Positions 9,073 to 17,247 of a stretch of DNA of 64,000 nucleotides are shown in pieces. A model generated the notes under the pieces. It was not told the origin of the DNA, did no database searches, and was given only the letters and a program-made list of their open reading frames with translations. Position 1 is the stretch's first letter. Every line of letters begins with the position of its first letter. The stretch is taken from sequence record OZ240615.1. One strand, 5' to 3'. The position numbers were made by a program, and so were the translations under genes.

Positions 9073-9591
9073 ATTGTTGATATCAAGCCACAAAAGAAAA
9101 CGTTTGATTTTTTTATCAGCGTTATGGTCAAGCGGGTAATCGTCCTTGTAGGTATCGCTGAGTCTAACCTCGAAGAAATCAGGGTCTCTACCTAGCGGAT
9201 AAAGAAAGTGTAAAACATACCGCTGTTTGCCATAAGCATCAAGAAACGTCCAGAGCGCAAATCGTTGGAAAGGGTATTCAGTCACCGTCAATTGTAATTT
9301 ATCAAGTAGGCGATAGAGTTCCTTAATCCCAATATCTAAGGCTTCGATGGAGATTACTTGAATGGGGGCTTCTAATTGAGACGAAAACTTAAACCCTCTG
9401 GTCCGGTATTCTTTAATCGGCATGTTTAAATAATCTTTGAGTAATTTCCTGGCGTGTCTCTTATACCAGATATCAGGATGCCACTGACTTGGATCACTCA
9501 TGAGTTTACCGAATTCAAGGTGTTCTATTTCATACGCGGCGAGTTTTTCTACCGCGATAAAAAACTCTTTCTTGCTGACACTGAGTCGCAT
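9067..9591 (-). CDS. Hypothetical protein, 174 aa
   Basis: AAGGAG RBS, co-directional with its neighbours, protein-like composition. Confidence 0.8.
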   Translation of the reverse strand: MRLSVSKKEFFIAVEKLAAYEIEHLEFGKLMSDPSQWHPDIWYKRHARKLLKDYLNMPIKEYRTRGFKFSSQLEAPIQVISIEALDIGIKELYRLLDKLQLTVTEYPFQRFALWTFLDAYGKQRYVLHFLYPLGRDPDFFEVRLSDTYKDDYPLDHNADKKIKRFLLWLDINNS

Positions 9592-9605
9592 TGACGCTCT
9601 CCTTA

Positions 9606-9638
9606 AAATAAAAAAGGAGAGGAGCCAATGCCCCTCTC
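9606..9638 (-). terminator. Intrinsic terminator
   Basis: Minus strand GAGAGGGGC-ATTG-GCTCCTCTC (one G.U pair) followed by CTTTTTTATTTT. Confidence 0.75.
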
Positions 9639-9645
9639 ACTGTAT

Positions 9646-10209
9646 TTACGCCCGCAGGCTCTTAGCCCATTCATCATTGATGCCGGCAGCCAGCGCCGTT
9701 TTACGGTTGACGTATTCGGTCATATCCGGATCGTGACGGGTAGCAAGGAAATGCAAGGCGCGCAAGCCTGCTAGCCACGGGTCAGTTTCCAAGAATGTGT
9801 ATTCACACCCCGGATGAATAACTGTGAATTTCCAGTACTCTGTGGTTCCATCTTCATCTTCATCGATCTCATGCGTGAAAGAGATCTGCCCAGATGTACT
9901 GGCCAAGTAACGATCGACTGCGGCTTTAGAAAGCGCGTGACCCTTAGGCACTTCAAACCCAAGACCGAGGAACAGCGAATGCGTCAGGCTCATTTTAGTG
10001 ATGCGATCGATGTACTCTTCGTGCAATTCCAGGATCTTTTCTTTCGGCAGCGGCGGTTCGCCTTCTTTCATGGTCTCTGGATATCTCTCATCTATCATGA
10101 CGAAGTCTTCATGTTTGAAATCGTTCAGGAGTTCCTGACTCACTTCTGCACCAATACTTTTTGCCGCGGCGACTGCTTCGTTTACAATGGTGTTTTCCAT
10201 GCTACTCAA
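9646..10209 (-). CDS. Hypothetical protein, 187 aa (acidic)
   Basis: ORF bounded by terminators. No recognised motif. Confidence 0.8.
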   Translation of the reverse strand: MSSMENTIVNEAVAAAKSIGAEVSQELLNDFKHEDFVMIDERYPETMKEGEPPLPKEKILELHEEYIDRITKMSLTHSLFLGLGFEVPKGHALSKAAVDRYLASTSGQISFTHEIDEDEDGTTEYWKFTVIHPGCEYTFLETDPWLAGLRALHFLATRHDPDMTEYVNRKTALAAGINDEWAKSLRA

Positions 10210-10223
10210 TACCTAATTTTGAT

Positions 10224-10258
10224 AAAAGAAAAAAGCGGGGAAATCCCCGCTTTTGTTT
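10224..10258 (-). terminator. Intrinsic (bidirectional-type) terminator
   Basis: AAAAGCGGGG-AAAT-CCCCGCTTTT. Confidence 0.85.
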
Positions 10259-10292
10259 TACGGTTACTTAAGAATACTGCGTCGATTATTTA

Positions 10293-10754
10293 TTAATCGA
10301 ACAGCTCTTTAGTTTTGCTGTAAATTTCGCGACGGACCAGCTCGTGGTCGGCGTGCTCTTTACGGCGGTACGCGATAGTGACGGACGGGTCTTTCATAGT
10401 GCCATCGGCCTTTTTGCCGGTCGGCGGCGTGTAGTTGGCAGCAATGCCAGTTTCGCCGGTGCGGATGATACCCCAGACGCGTTTGTTATCGCGGTGCTCT
10501 TTCAGGTGCTCGATTGCTTTCGGGCCGATGTTGTGCAGGACGGCGGTTGCGTAGAGACTTTCGTAACGCTGGACAGCTTCGATGCTGTCTTTGATTTCAG
10601 CCGGCGCATTTTCCATGAAGGTGTCAACACCTTCTTTTTGGGAGATAGTGCCGTGTTCGGTGATAAACAGGTTATCGCCAATTTTACCGGAGAGGTCGAT
10701 AACCTCTTTGGAGATTTCAGCAACGACTTCTTTCTTTTCTTTTACTTCAGACAT
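10293..10754 (-). CDS. Hypothetical protein, 153 aa
   Basis: GAGG RBS. Strongly biased codon usage by eye, suggesting high expression. Confidence 0.8.
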   Translation of the reverse strand: MSEVKEKKEVVAEISKEVIDLSGKIGDNLFITEHGTISQKEGVDTFMENAPAEIKDSIEAVQRYESLYATAVLHNIGPKAIEHLKEHRDNKRVWGIIRTGETGIAANYTPPTGKKADGTMKDPSVTIAYRRKEHADHELVRREIYSKTKELFD

Positions 10755-10887
10755 GTGTACATCCTCAATTGAGTGTTTTTTCGATGAGATAAAATAACTG
10801 CAGTTTTTACTACTTCACTGTCGACTGACGATCAACTCAGTACGACGGAACGGTTTTACTTGTAGCGGCGGCGGAATTTAATTCGGC

Positions 10888-11298
10888 TTATTCTCCCTGC
10901 TCGGTAGGCTGGGCCGTATCTTCCCAAGACAACTCAGCAAGAATGTTGCGGACTTCATAGATCTTTCCGTAGAGGTATTCAAAGTCTATACCTCTACGGG
11001 CGCGGGTGAATCTTGCGCGTCTTTGGTCGAGATCTGATTCGGTTTCACGGTTAACAATCCAAGAACATTCGGACAGAATACATGCTACAGGGTGCGCCAA
11101 AGCATAGTCGTTCAATTTGATATCCAGCGCCCTGAGTTCTTTTACGAAACCGGCGATGGCTACTTCGAGACTGGAATAATCGCCTCTCCGGTTCACGATA
11201 AGTGCATCGGAGATGAGCAGTCGTATTTTGTCTGTAGCATCCATCCCGGTTTGAATCAATTCTTTTACTTCTTCGACGGTCATTTTTTCTGTGGACAT
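10888..11298 (-). CDS. Hypothetical protein, 136 aa
   Basis: AAGGAG RBS. First gene downstream of the TATATCAC motif. Confidence 0.8.
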   Translation of the reverse strand: MSTEKMTVEEVKELIQTGMDATDKIRLLISDALIVNRRGDYSSLEVAIAGFVKELRALDIKLNDYALAHPVACILSECSWIVNRETESDLDQRRARFTRARRGIDFEYLYGKIYEVRNILAELSWEDTAQPTEQGE

Positions 11299-11325
11299 AT
11301 AACCACTCCTTAATTTAATTTTAGG

Positions 11326-11345
11326 AAGGTAGATTTCTCTACCTT
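11326..11345. other. Stem-loop in the putative 5' leader
   Basis: AAGGTAGA-TTTC-TCTACCTT. No U-tract follows on the coding strand. Confidence 0.5.
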
Positions 11346-11348
11346 ATT

Positions 11349-11364
11349 TCAATAGAGTGATATA
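11349..11364 (-). promoter_or_regulatory. Putative early promoter TATATCAC-TC-TATTGA
   Basis: Identical 16-mer at 35499-35514 and a 14/16 match at 47157-47172. All are intergenic, on the minus strand and upstream of genes. It resembles the phiKZ early consensus TATATTAC. Confidence 0.65.
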
Positions 11365-11373
11365 TATCTTAAA

Positions 11374-12105
11374 TTAGTTTGAAACGACCCCGAGACACTC
11401 AAAGAGATAACCCGACATGAACTCTGCCGATGACGGATTAGTATACTGGCCGCCAGCGTTATCCGAACGACGAATGGCAGAATAAATGTCAGCGAAGGCG
11501 GTAGCTTTTGCATCATCAAATACGACCTTCAGAAGCCCTCTACGGGTCGCAGCATAAAAGTCAGCCGCTTCTACTGCCTCAGCAACAAAATCGTTGACAA
11601 AGCTTTCTTGGTCGTTATATTGGTCAACTACCAGCGGATGTGCATTCTTCAACAGGACGTAAAACTCTCTGCCGATGGAACTCATTATTTCCGTGCGCTG
11701 ATCGACTTGGGTTTGAAATGACTTATACAGTTCGTTACTGTACGATGTCACCCAGTTGGTACCGATCTGCCGAGCCTCTTCACGGAACTTGGTTTCTGGG
11801 CTGAGGTAATACCCGATCCCTTCGGTCAACGTCAAGTAGCTCAACGCATTGGGTTGATTAAAGTCAACGTTCAAGTGAAGAACGTTACCTTCTACTCTAT
11901 AAGTCTGAACGTCAGGGTCGCTGACAATCGAAATGTCTTCCAGTTGGTATTTCTCACTGATTGCGTGCATTGCATAAACAAACACTTGACCAGGAGTAAA
12001 AATCCCTTCGATCGTTTCTTTCACAGTTTGTGCTAATGCGATATTGAATTGATTCGCATTTGAGTTAATGCCTTTCAGACCGTTTAACAGGCTGGATGCT
12101 TGCAT
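11374..12105 (-). CDS. Hypothetical / probable virion protein, 243 aa
   Basis: GAGG RBS. TATG motifs lie upstream at 12142-12145 and 12197-12200 (minus strand). Confidence 0.75.
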   Translation of the reverse strand: MQASSLLNGLKGINSNANQFNIALAQTVKETIEGIFTPGQVFVYAMHAISEKYQLEDISIVSDPDVQTYRVEGNVLHLNVDFNQPNALSYLTLTEGIGYYLSPETKFREEARQIGTNWVTSYSNELYKSFQTQVDQRTEIMSSIGREFYVLLKNAHPLVVDQYNDQESFVNDFVAEAVEAADFYAATRRGLLKVVFDDAKATAFADIYSAIRRSDNAGGQYTNPSSAEFMSGYLFECLGVVSN

Positions 12106-12200
12106 CGTGGTATTCCTCTGCGGGCGGAGTGAGTATCTTTACATATTAGAAAACGCACTGTAAAGTTTAAAAGATTACGTACTGCTAGTTATAGAGCATA

Positions 12201-12225
12201 GAGAGAGGGGTAAGACCCCTCTCTC
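12201..12225 (-). terminator. Hairpin terminator followed by TATG
   Basis: GAGAGAGGGGT-AAG-ACCCCTCTCTC. TATG follows immediately on the minus strand (12200-12197). Confidence 0.7.
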
Positions 12226-12231
12226 CTTTGG

Positions 12232-12393
12232 TTAGTGTCGTTGCTTTTCGTCGGTGACTGTCGGGAGGTTTACTCCTTTATACTTGCATTCTTTAAAGAC
12301 ATTACGCAAGAATCGCTGACGTGTCTCTTCACGTTGTTTTTCAACGCGTTCATCGCCAGGGTATCTGGCAATATAGCATGGACGTTTAACCAT
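12232..12393 (-). CDS. Small basic protein, 53 aa (absent from the ORF track)
   Basis: MVKRPCYIARYPGDERVEKQREETRQRFLRNVFKECKYKGVNLPTVTDEKQRH-stop. It has an AAAGGTG RBS, fills the gap, and its stop abuts the terminator. Confidence 0.7.
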   Translation of the reverse strand: MVKRPCYIARYPGDERVEKQREETRQRFLRNVFKECKYKGVNLPTVTDEKQRH

Positions 12394-12431
12394 AGTTTCA
12401 CCTTTAGTTTTCGTGGGCTTTACCGACCCGG

Positions 12432-13121
12432 TTAGACTGTGGGGTTACTTTTGCTCGCTATCCACTGACTTGTAAGTGTTTTTAGTGTATTGCCGTTGTC
12501 GACATACGTACTCAAATTACTGTTGTCAGTGTATACTACATTACGGTCCTCGCTATTGGTAGTAGCGGAGACAATGACTAAATTTCCCTTGACCAATGGA
12601 TTGGCCGTCAAAATAGTACGAAGCGTGTAACCCACGATTTCGATAAGATCAGACAACTGCTTGTAACGGTACTGTCCATCATTGGTCGTGTCCTCTTCGT
12701 AATCTTTACGGAAGGATTCGAATAAATAGTAACCTACCCATAACGGTGCCACCGCATAGATACTCGGATTGAAAACGTTATCAATCCGTGGCAGGAGACT
12801 ATACTGATACAGCGTCGTCACGCCATAACCCAGATTTGCCAGTGTGTTAAGAACATAGTTATCTGGGAGGGCGTTGATCTTGGCTTCAATACCCGAAGCG
12901 CTATTCGGGAGTGCAACCTTTAAATGCGCAATAAGTTTTGCACGAATATCGGTTTCACGTAAATTGATTGGCCAAGATAAAAGTGGGACCTGTTTAAACG
13001 GTTTGTTGACACCTGCGAAATCTCCAACGACAGGGGTAACTACCCAAGGCGTTAAAAGATTGACCGATTGGACAATCGCAGGTAAAGTACTGTCATCGTA
13101 AATTCCAACGGATGTCGGCAT
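12432..13121 (-). CDS. Hypothetical / probable virion protein, 229 aa
   Basis: GAGGG RBS. TATGTAA lies upstream at 13180-13174. Confidence 0.75.
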   Translation of the reverse strand: MPTSVGIYDDSTLPAIVQSVNLLTPWVVTPVVGDFAGVNKPFKQVPLLSWPINLRETDIRAKLIAHLKVALPNSASGIEAKINALPDNYVLNTLANLGYGVTTLYQYSLLPRIDNVFNPSIYAVAPLWVGYYLFESFRKDYEEDTTNDGQYRYKQLSDLIEIVGYTLRTILTANPLVKGNLVIVSATTNSEDRNVVYTDNSNLSTYVDNGNTLKTLTSQWIASKSNPTV

Positions 13122-13197
13122 TACATTCCCCTCTTCGTAATAAATATAACTTATATTAAATCGGATTTAACCGTTACATAGAGTAACAAGATAAAAT

Positions 13198-13225
13198 AAA
13201 AAGAGGAGCAAATGCTCCTCTTTTT
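13198..13225 (-). terminator. Intrinsic terminator
   Basis: AAAAAGAGGAGC-AAAT-GCTCCTCTTTTT. Confidence 0.9.
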
Positions 13226-13226
13226 A

Positions 13227-13973
13227 TTACCATTTAGAGACAAGACCCGTTTTACCAGAAATAAACGGAGTACGATCCATCTGACGAATAGCATCAACCG
13301 TGGCTTTGAAACTCGACTCCACGGAGACCAAACTTTGGTCATTGGCCATACTGCGAATAATCGCTGGTTGTACCGGGACGATCAGTGCCGACTCGCAAGA
13401 CGGTGACATGTATTTGTTTGCGCAAGACAAACCGGGTTCGTTTACGAGATCCCAGGTAATGATGTTATCAACGTATTTACGAACCTTACCGCCAACCACT
13501 CTGTCGGTCGCCATACTGCGAATACTGAACGCCAGATTCTCGTCTGGGTTAGACATGATTTTCTCAAAATCTTCACGTCTAGCTCCCGTAGAACAAATCT
13601 CGCCCATGATGGCGCAAATACGCTGACCGTTAGGTAGAACGAAATTCGGCACAACCCAAACCTTGCGGATATGAAATGCCCAGTTACGTTCATCAATGGT
13701 GTGGATACGTTGAATGAATTTACGATAGTCGGCGTAATCGTATTCTTTGGGATGACCCCATTCGCCGCGTAAATACCCTTCTCTCACGCGTTTCTGGAAA
13801 AGACCATTCTCCGCTAATATACGCTCAACACGTTGCTGGTCGTATACCGCCCCAATGCTGTTGTCGAACTCTAACGCCCCTAAAATAACTTCAAGGTAGT
13901 TGTTGTCCAGACGTTTAATATTCCCTACTCGGTTTACACCTTTCAGTGCTGTTACCTCAAATGACATCCCCAT
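13227..13973 (-). CDS. Prohead protease (phiKZ gp175 / SPN3US gp245 type)
   Basis: Motifs GYLRGEWGHP, AFSIRS and ITWDLVNEPG. It lies near the vRNAP genes, as in phiKZ-like phages. Confidence 0.9.
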   Translation of the reverse strand: MGMSFEVTALKGVNRVGNIKRLDNNYLEVILGALEFDNSIGAVYDQQRVERILAENGLFQKRVREGYLRGEWGHPKEYDYADYRKFIQRIHTIDERNWAFHIRKVWVVPNFVLPNGQRICAIMGEICSTGARREDFEKIMSNPDENLAFSIRSMATDRVVGGKVRKYVDNIITWDLVNEPGLSCANKYMSPSCESALIVPVQPAIIRSMANDQSLVSVESSFKATVDAIRQMDRTPFISGKTGLVSKW

Positions 13974-13976
13974 GGC

Positions 13977-14705
13977 TTACCACCGCACAATATTAGAATG
14001 ATTCATGAACTCATACGATAGCAGACCCGCCTTACGTTCTTTCGCCCGATTGAATTCGCTTTCCGATAGCGGGAACATTTCAACCTGACTTTGATCGAAA
14101 GGTTCTTCTTTATACTTTTCCAGGGCAGGGATAATCATTCGATAAAACCCTCTTTTCAGATCGAAGAAGGGTGAGAATTTTACCGATGGGCTGTCAACCT
14201 GAATCAGTATTCGGGTTTCAATGGCTTTACTGTAGTCGTCTTTGATGACTCTGAGTTCATCGATGAAACACTTTCCGACAACACGGGAGGGGTATCGTTG
14301 ATCTTCAGTGTCGACGTTGACAAGCCATCTTTCTTCTGACCACTCTGCCATAGGGCAGATGACTTTCGTCGGACGGAGCGAACCTTCAACGGACAACGCA
14401 TAAATCGTATACCCTCCTAACCATTCGTCCTTGCCCGCGCAATGTGCTTTACTGTCCATGAAGTCACGCAACGCCACGCCATAGCCCCGTAAGCAATCAA
14501 TGATTGTAATCCCGGTACAAACCCGTTTAACGGATTCATCTTCTCCGTTCATGGTTCGTTGGATCTCCCGAGGAATAAAAACCGGGATATTGGGATTAGG
14601 AGAGATATGGTAAAGTGTGCGGTGATGGGTATCGACTTCGAGCTCATTAACGGCGTGCTCTTGTTGTTTACTGATGAAACTTTGCAATCTCTCGTATGGG
14701 CTCAT
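13977..14705 (-). CDS. Hypothetical protein, possible ADP-ribosyltransferase-like fold, 242 aa
   Basis: LYHISP...FIPR, RVCTGITIIDCLRGY, YTIYAL, EERWL. The ORF is secure; the fold assignment is inference. Confidence 0.55.
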   Translation of the reverse strand: MSPYERLQSFISKQQEHAVNELEVDTHHRTLYHISPNPNIPVFIPREIQRTMNGEDESVKRVCTGITIIDCLRGYGVALRDFMDSKAHCAGKDEWLGGYTIYALSVEGSLRPTKVICPMAEWSEERWLVNVDTEDQRYPSRVVGKCFIDELRVIKDDYSKAIETRILIQVDSPSVKFSPFFDLKRGFYRMIIPALEKYKEEPFDQSQVEMFPLSESEFNRAKERKAGLLSYEFMNHSNIVRW

Positions 14706-14706
14706 G

Positions 14707-15432
14707 TTACGCCCTCAGTAAACGTTCGATCGGTTGGGTTACTTCGTTCGGGTTAACAATAGCCGAATCCAGACCATCTCCGGTATAACTCCCCGAGATT
14801 TTCGCAGTGGTATCGGAAGACCCATCCACAACGTTACGTAAAGGTATCCAGGTGAACGGCGTAGTACGCAGCTCACTGTAGCTGTGGATATGCTCACGTA
14901 AAGGAACTTTACGGTTACTTTCAATACGGGCTAACTGGGCGATGATCATTTCACCGATAGTCGGTGTCGCAACCAATTTTGTTCCCGTATACTCTTCGGT
15001 TTCCGCAAAGAAGCTACCCAACGTAATGTAGTTGTAAAAGAACGGAATTCTTCCTCGTGCTAAGATCTCTTCGAACAGGTAATAAAGAAGACCGTTGTCT
15101 TTTACCAAATCGATGCTTTTAACCACCGTGCTACCGGGACGGAAATAAAAGTCATAATAGCTTCGTCCAGCATATTCGAGTTGACGAATTTCCGTCGGTG
15201 TAATTTCCATCATACTCGGGGTGGTAGCAACCGCAAAATCACCCGCTTCGCTACAGATAGCAAAGAAGCCGATGATCATAATGCGTTTGCCCATACTGAT
15301 TAACTGCTTCGCGCGAAAGGACTCTTGGATCACAATCCGGCAGCCGGTCGTGGTGACCAGACTGCCGTTTGGGAGTTCACGTAAAGTCGCTTGCAGCGCA
15401 TCGGCATTGTGTTTCCACTGCGCGATATTCAC
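14707..15432 (-). CDS. Probable virion RNA polymerase beta' C-terminal subunit (SPN3US gp244 type)
   Basis: EMIIAQLAR and WIPLRNVVDGSSDTTAKISGSYTGDGLDSAIVN...IERLL parallel the bacterial beta' C-terminal motifs IEVIVRQMLR and LLGITKASL..ESFISAASF..T..L..AA....LKENV. Confidence 0.7.
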   Translation of the reverse strand: MNIAQWKHNADALQATLRELPNGSLVTTTGCRIVIQESFRAKQLISMGKRIMIIGFFAICSEAGDFAVATTPSMMEITPTEIRQLEYAGRSYYDFYFRPGSTVVKSIDLVKDNGLLYYLFEEILARGRIPFFYNYITLGSFFAETEEYTGTKLVATPTIGEMIIAQLARIESNRKVPLREHIHSYSELRTTPFTWIPLRNVVDGSSDTTAKISGSYTGDGLDSAIVNPNEVTQPIERLLRA

Positions 15433-15443
15433 TGTTCGACTCC

Positions 15444-16976
15444 TTAGTACACGGTGGCGTCATCCTGTTCGATAATACCCACTTTCTCTGCCTGTTTAAA
15501 AGTCAGGACATCGAAGTTAGCCACAAGCCATTTTGCCAGATAACGGATAGCCGCAGTATAGGCAGCAGTCGTGCCGTCCTGATCAGAATCCTGCATTTCA
15601 CTTTCTACGATATCGATAATGTCTTCGGCGTCGATGAACGTGAAGATGTGCTGGCAGACTTTCTGTTTGACCAATTCGAACAGATTGGGATCGTTGTCGA
15701 TGTTCCAATTCGCGTAGAACTTACCGGACTTCAGATCTTCCATCACTTTGTTCAGTGCCGCTTCTTTACTGAACCCGCTTGGCAGTTGATCTTCATTGAG
15801 ATTGTTCAACGCTTGCGCCAGTTCCGGTACGAAACAGTTCGAAAGACGTTTCAGGAACGTGTCATGGGAATAACGTTGACGCTGAATCTCAAGCGCCTGC
15901 CAACGTTTCAGGTTTTGCTGGTCGTTGGCAATAAACTGGCCCAGTAAACGTTGACCACCACGTGGGTCTAACACGCCACCAATCACGCTTTCTGGCGTCA
16001 GTCCCTGAGAAAGTCCCTGGCGGTATACCGGGCCGAATACCACGATTTCCGCGTCTTCTGCAGAGGTAGCTACTTGGCTTTTTCCGGTGAAACGAATGAT
16101 CATCTGACCGCGGCGGTTACAACCACTTAGCCAGCCCAGACCATTTTTGATCAGATAGCCGTATTGCAGCTTCATCGCATTGATCGCTGCCTCGTACTCG
16201 GGTAAAGTCATACCCGTACCCGGGAGCGGGTCTTGTGACATACTGTCAACCAGGAAATAGACCACGATGCCCAGATCGGTCAGAGAAGCGTCACTGAATT
16301 TCCCTTCGCAACGTTGACCGTCTTTTTGTTGGACGAGTTCTGAAACGAAGCGAGTCACCGGACAGATTGGGGTAATCGCACAGTTGCGGAAGAGGACGTT
16401 GTAAATGGAGACAATCGTATCGGCGCCATATTTTGCGATCGCGTCGGCCAATGCGTCGTCCAGTTCACTCACGCCAGTTTTCATCCCGTCAATTAAATCT
16501 ACGTCCGTTTTTTCCGGGGCGTTTTTAATACGGGTAAAAAGAGGTGCGTTGGGTTTGAACTGGGCAAACGTATCAACTACGTAAGGGTCGTAAATGATCG
16601 GTGCAGGATCGTATTGCGTAATAGTGAACTCTTTTGGTTCTACGCCTTTCATCCTGTCCAGAATTTTACCCGTTACATCAGTGATCAGTGGTACTACCGT
16701 GTTGCGGACATACCCGATCTGACGCAGCAATGCACCGCCAACAACTTCAACCGCGCCAGCGACTGCACCTTCATGCGGTTCAACCATCCCGATGGTACGT
16801 TGGGAGTTATCAAACAACACCTGGTCATACGCTTCCAGTGAAGGTTTGTGACTCTGGAAGAACGGGAGTGATTCAGCGACCGGGCTGAATAACAGAGACC
16901 CGGTGCGCGGGAAAAGGAATAACCCTTCGTTACTGACTACCGTCTTCGCGAGGGCAATAGACTTTTTGTTTAACAT
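15444..16976 (-). CDS. Virion (inner head) structural protein, 510 aa
   Basis: Syntenic position between vRNAP subunit genes. No catalytic motif. Confidence 0.65.
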   Translation of the reverse strand: MLNKKSIALAKTVVSNEGLFLFPRTGSLLFSPVAESLPFFQSHKPSLEAYDQVLFDNSQRTIGMVEPHEGAVAGAVEVVGGALLRQIGYVRNTVVPLITDVTGKILDRMKGVEPKEFTITQYDPAPIIYDPYVVDTFAQFKPNAPLFTRIKNAPEKTDVDLIDGMKTGVSELDDALADAIAKYGADTIVSIYNVLFRNCAITPICPVTRFVSELVQQKDGQRCEGKFSDASLTDLGIVVYFLVDSMSQDPLPGTGMTLPEYEAAINAMKLQYGYLIKNGLGWLSGCNRRGQMIIRFTGKSQVATSAEDAEIVVFGPVYRQGLSQGLTPESVIGGVLDPRGGQRLLGQFIANDQQNLKRWQALEIQRQRYSHDTFLKRLSNCFVPELAQALNNLNEDQLPSGFSKEAALNKVMEDLKSGKFYANWNIDNDPNLFELVKQKVCQHIFTFIDAEDIIDIVESEMQDSDQDGTTAAYTAAIRYLAKWLVANFDVLTFKQAEKVGIIEQDDATVY

Positions 16977-17167
16977 CAGACAATCCCCTCTTGTACACGG
17001 CGGGCGGCGATAGCAGCGCCAATAGCGGCGGCCAGATCTTCTTCGATGTTCGCACCGTCTGGAATTCTGAGATCTTCGCTGCGCGCATTCAACATGACGC
17101 GGCGACCCACCTCAAGAATATTCGCAACGCTGGTTTGCGCAATTTCTTGCAAGCCTTCATTATTCAT
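16976..17167 (-). CDS. Small hypothetical protein, 63 aa
   Basis: Its stop overlaps the next start, indicating translational coupling. AAGAAG lies upstream. Confidence 0.7.
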   Translation of the reverse strand: MNNEGLQEIAQTSVANILEVGRRVMLNARSEDLRIPDGANIEEDLAAAIGAAIAARRVQEGIV

Positions 17168-17211
17168 CTTCTTAACCTTATTTTACAAAGCGCTTTGGAA
17201 AGTAACGGGTG

Positions 17212-17238
17212 ACGAGGGGAGTACGTTTCTCCCCTCGT
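17212..17238. other. Strong hairpin lacking a U-tract after the vRNAP beta-N gene
   Basis: ACGAGGGGAG-TACGTTT-CTCCCCTCGT. Confidence 0.6.
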
Positions 17239-17247
17239 TGTACACAA

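Noticed and set aside
9814-10772. Plus-strand ORFs of 160 and 142 aa (9814..10296, 10344..10772)
   Set aside because: They are antisense shadows of well-supported minus-strand genes with biased codons and have no RBS or protein-like motifs.
15369-15947. 192-aa plus-strand ORF
   Set aside because: Antisense to the 510-aa structural gene, with no supporting signals.
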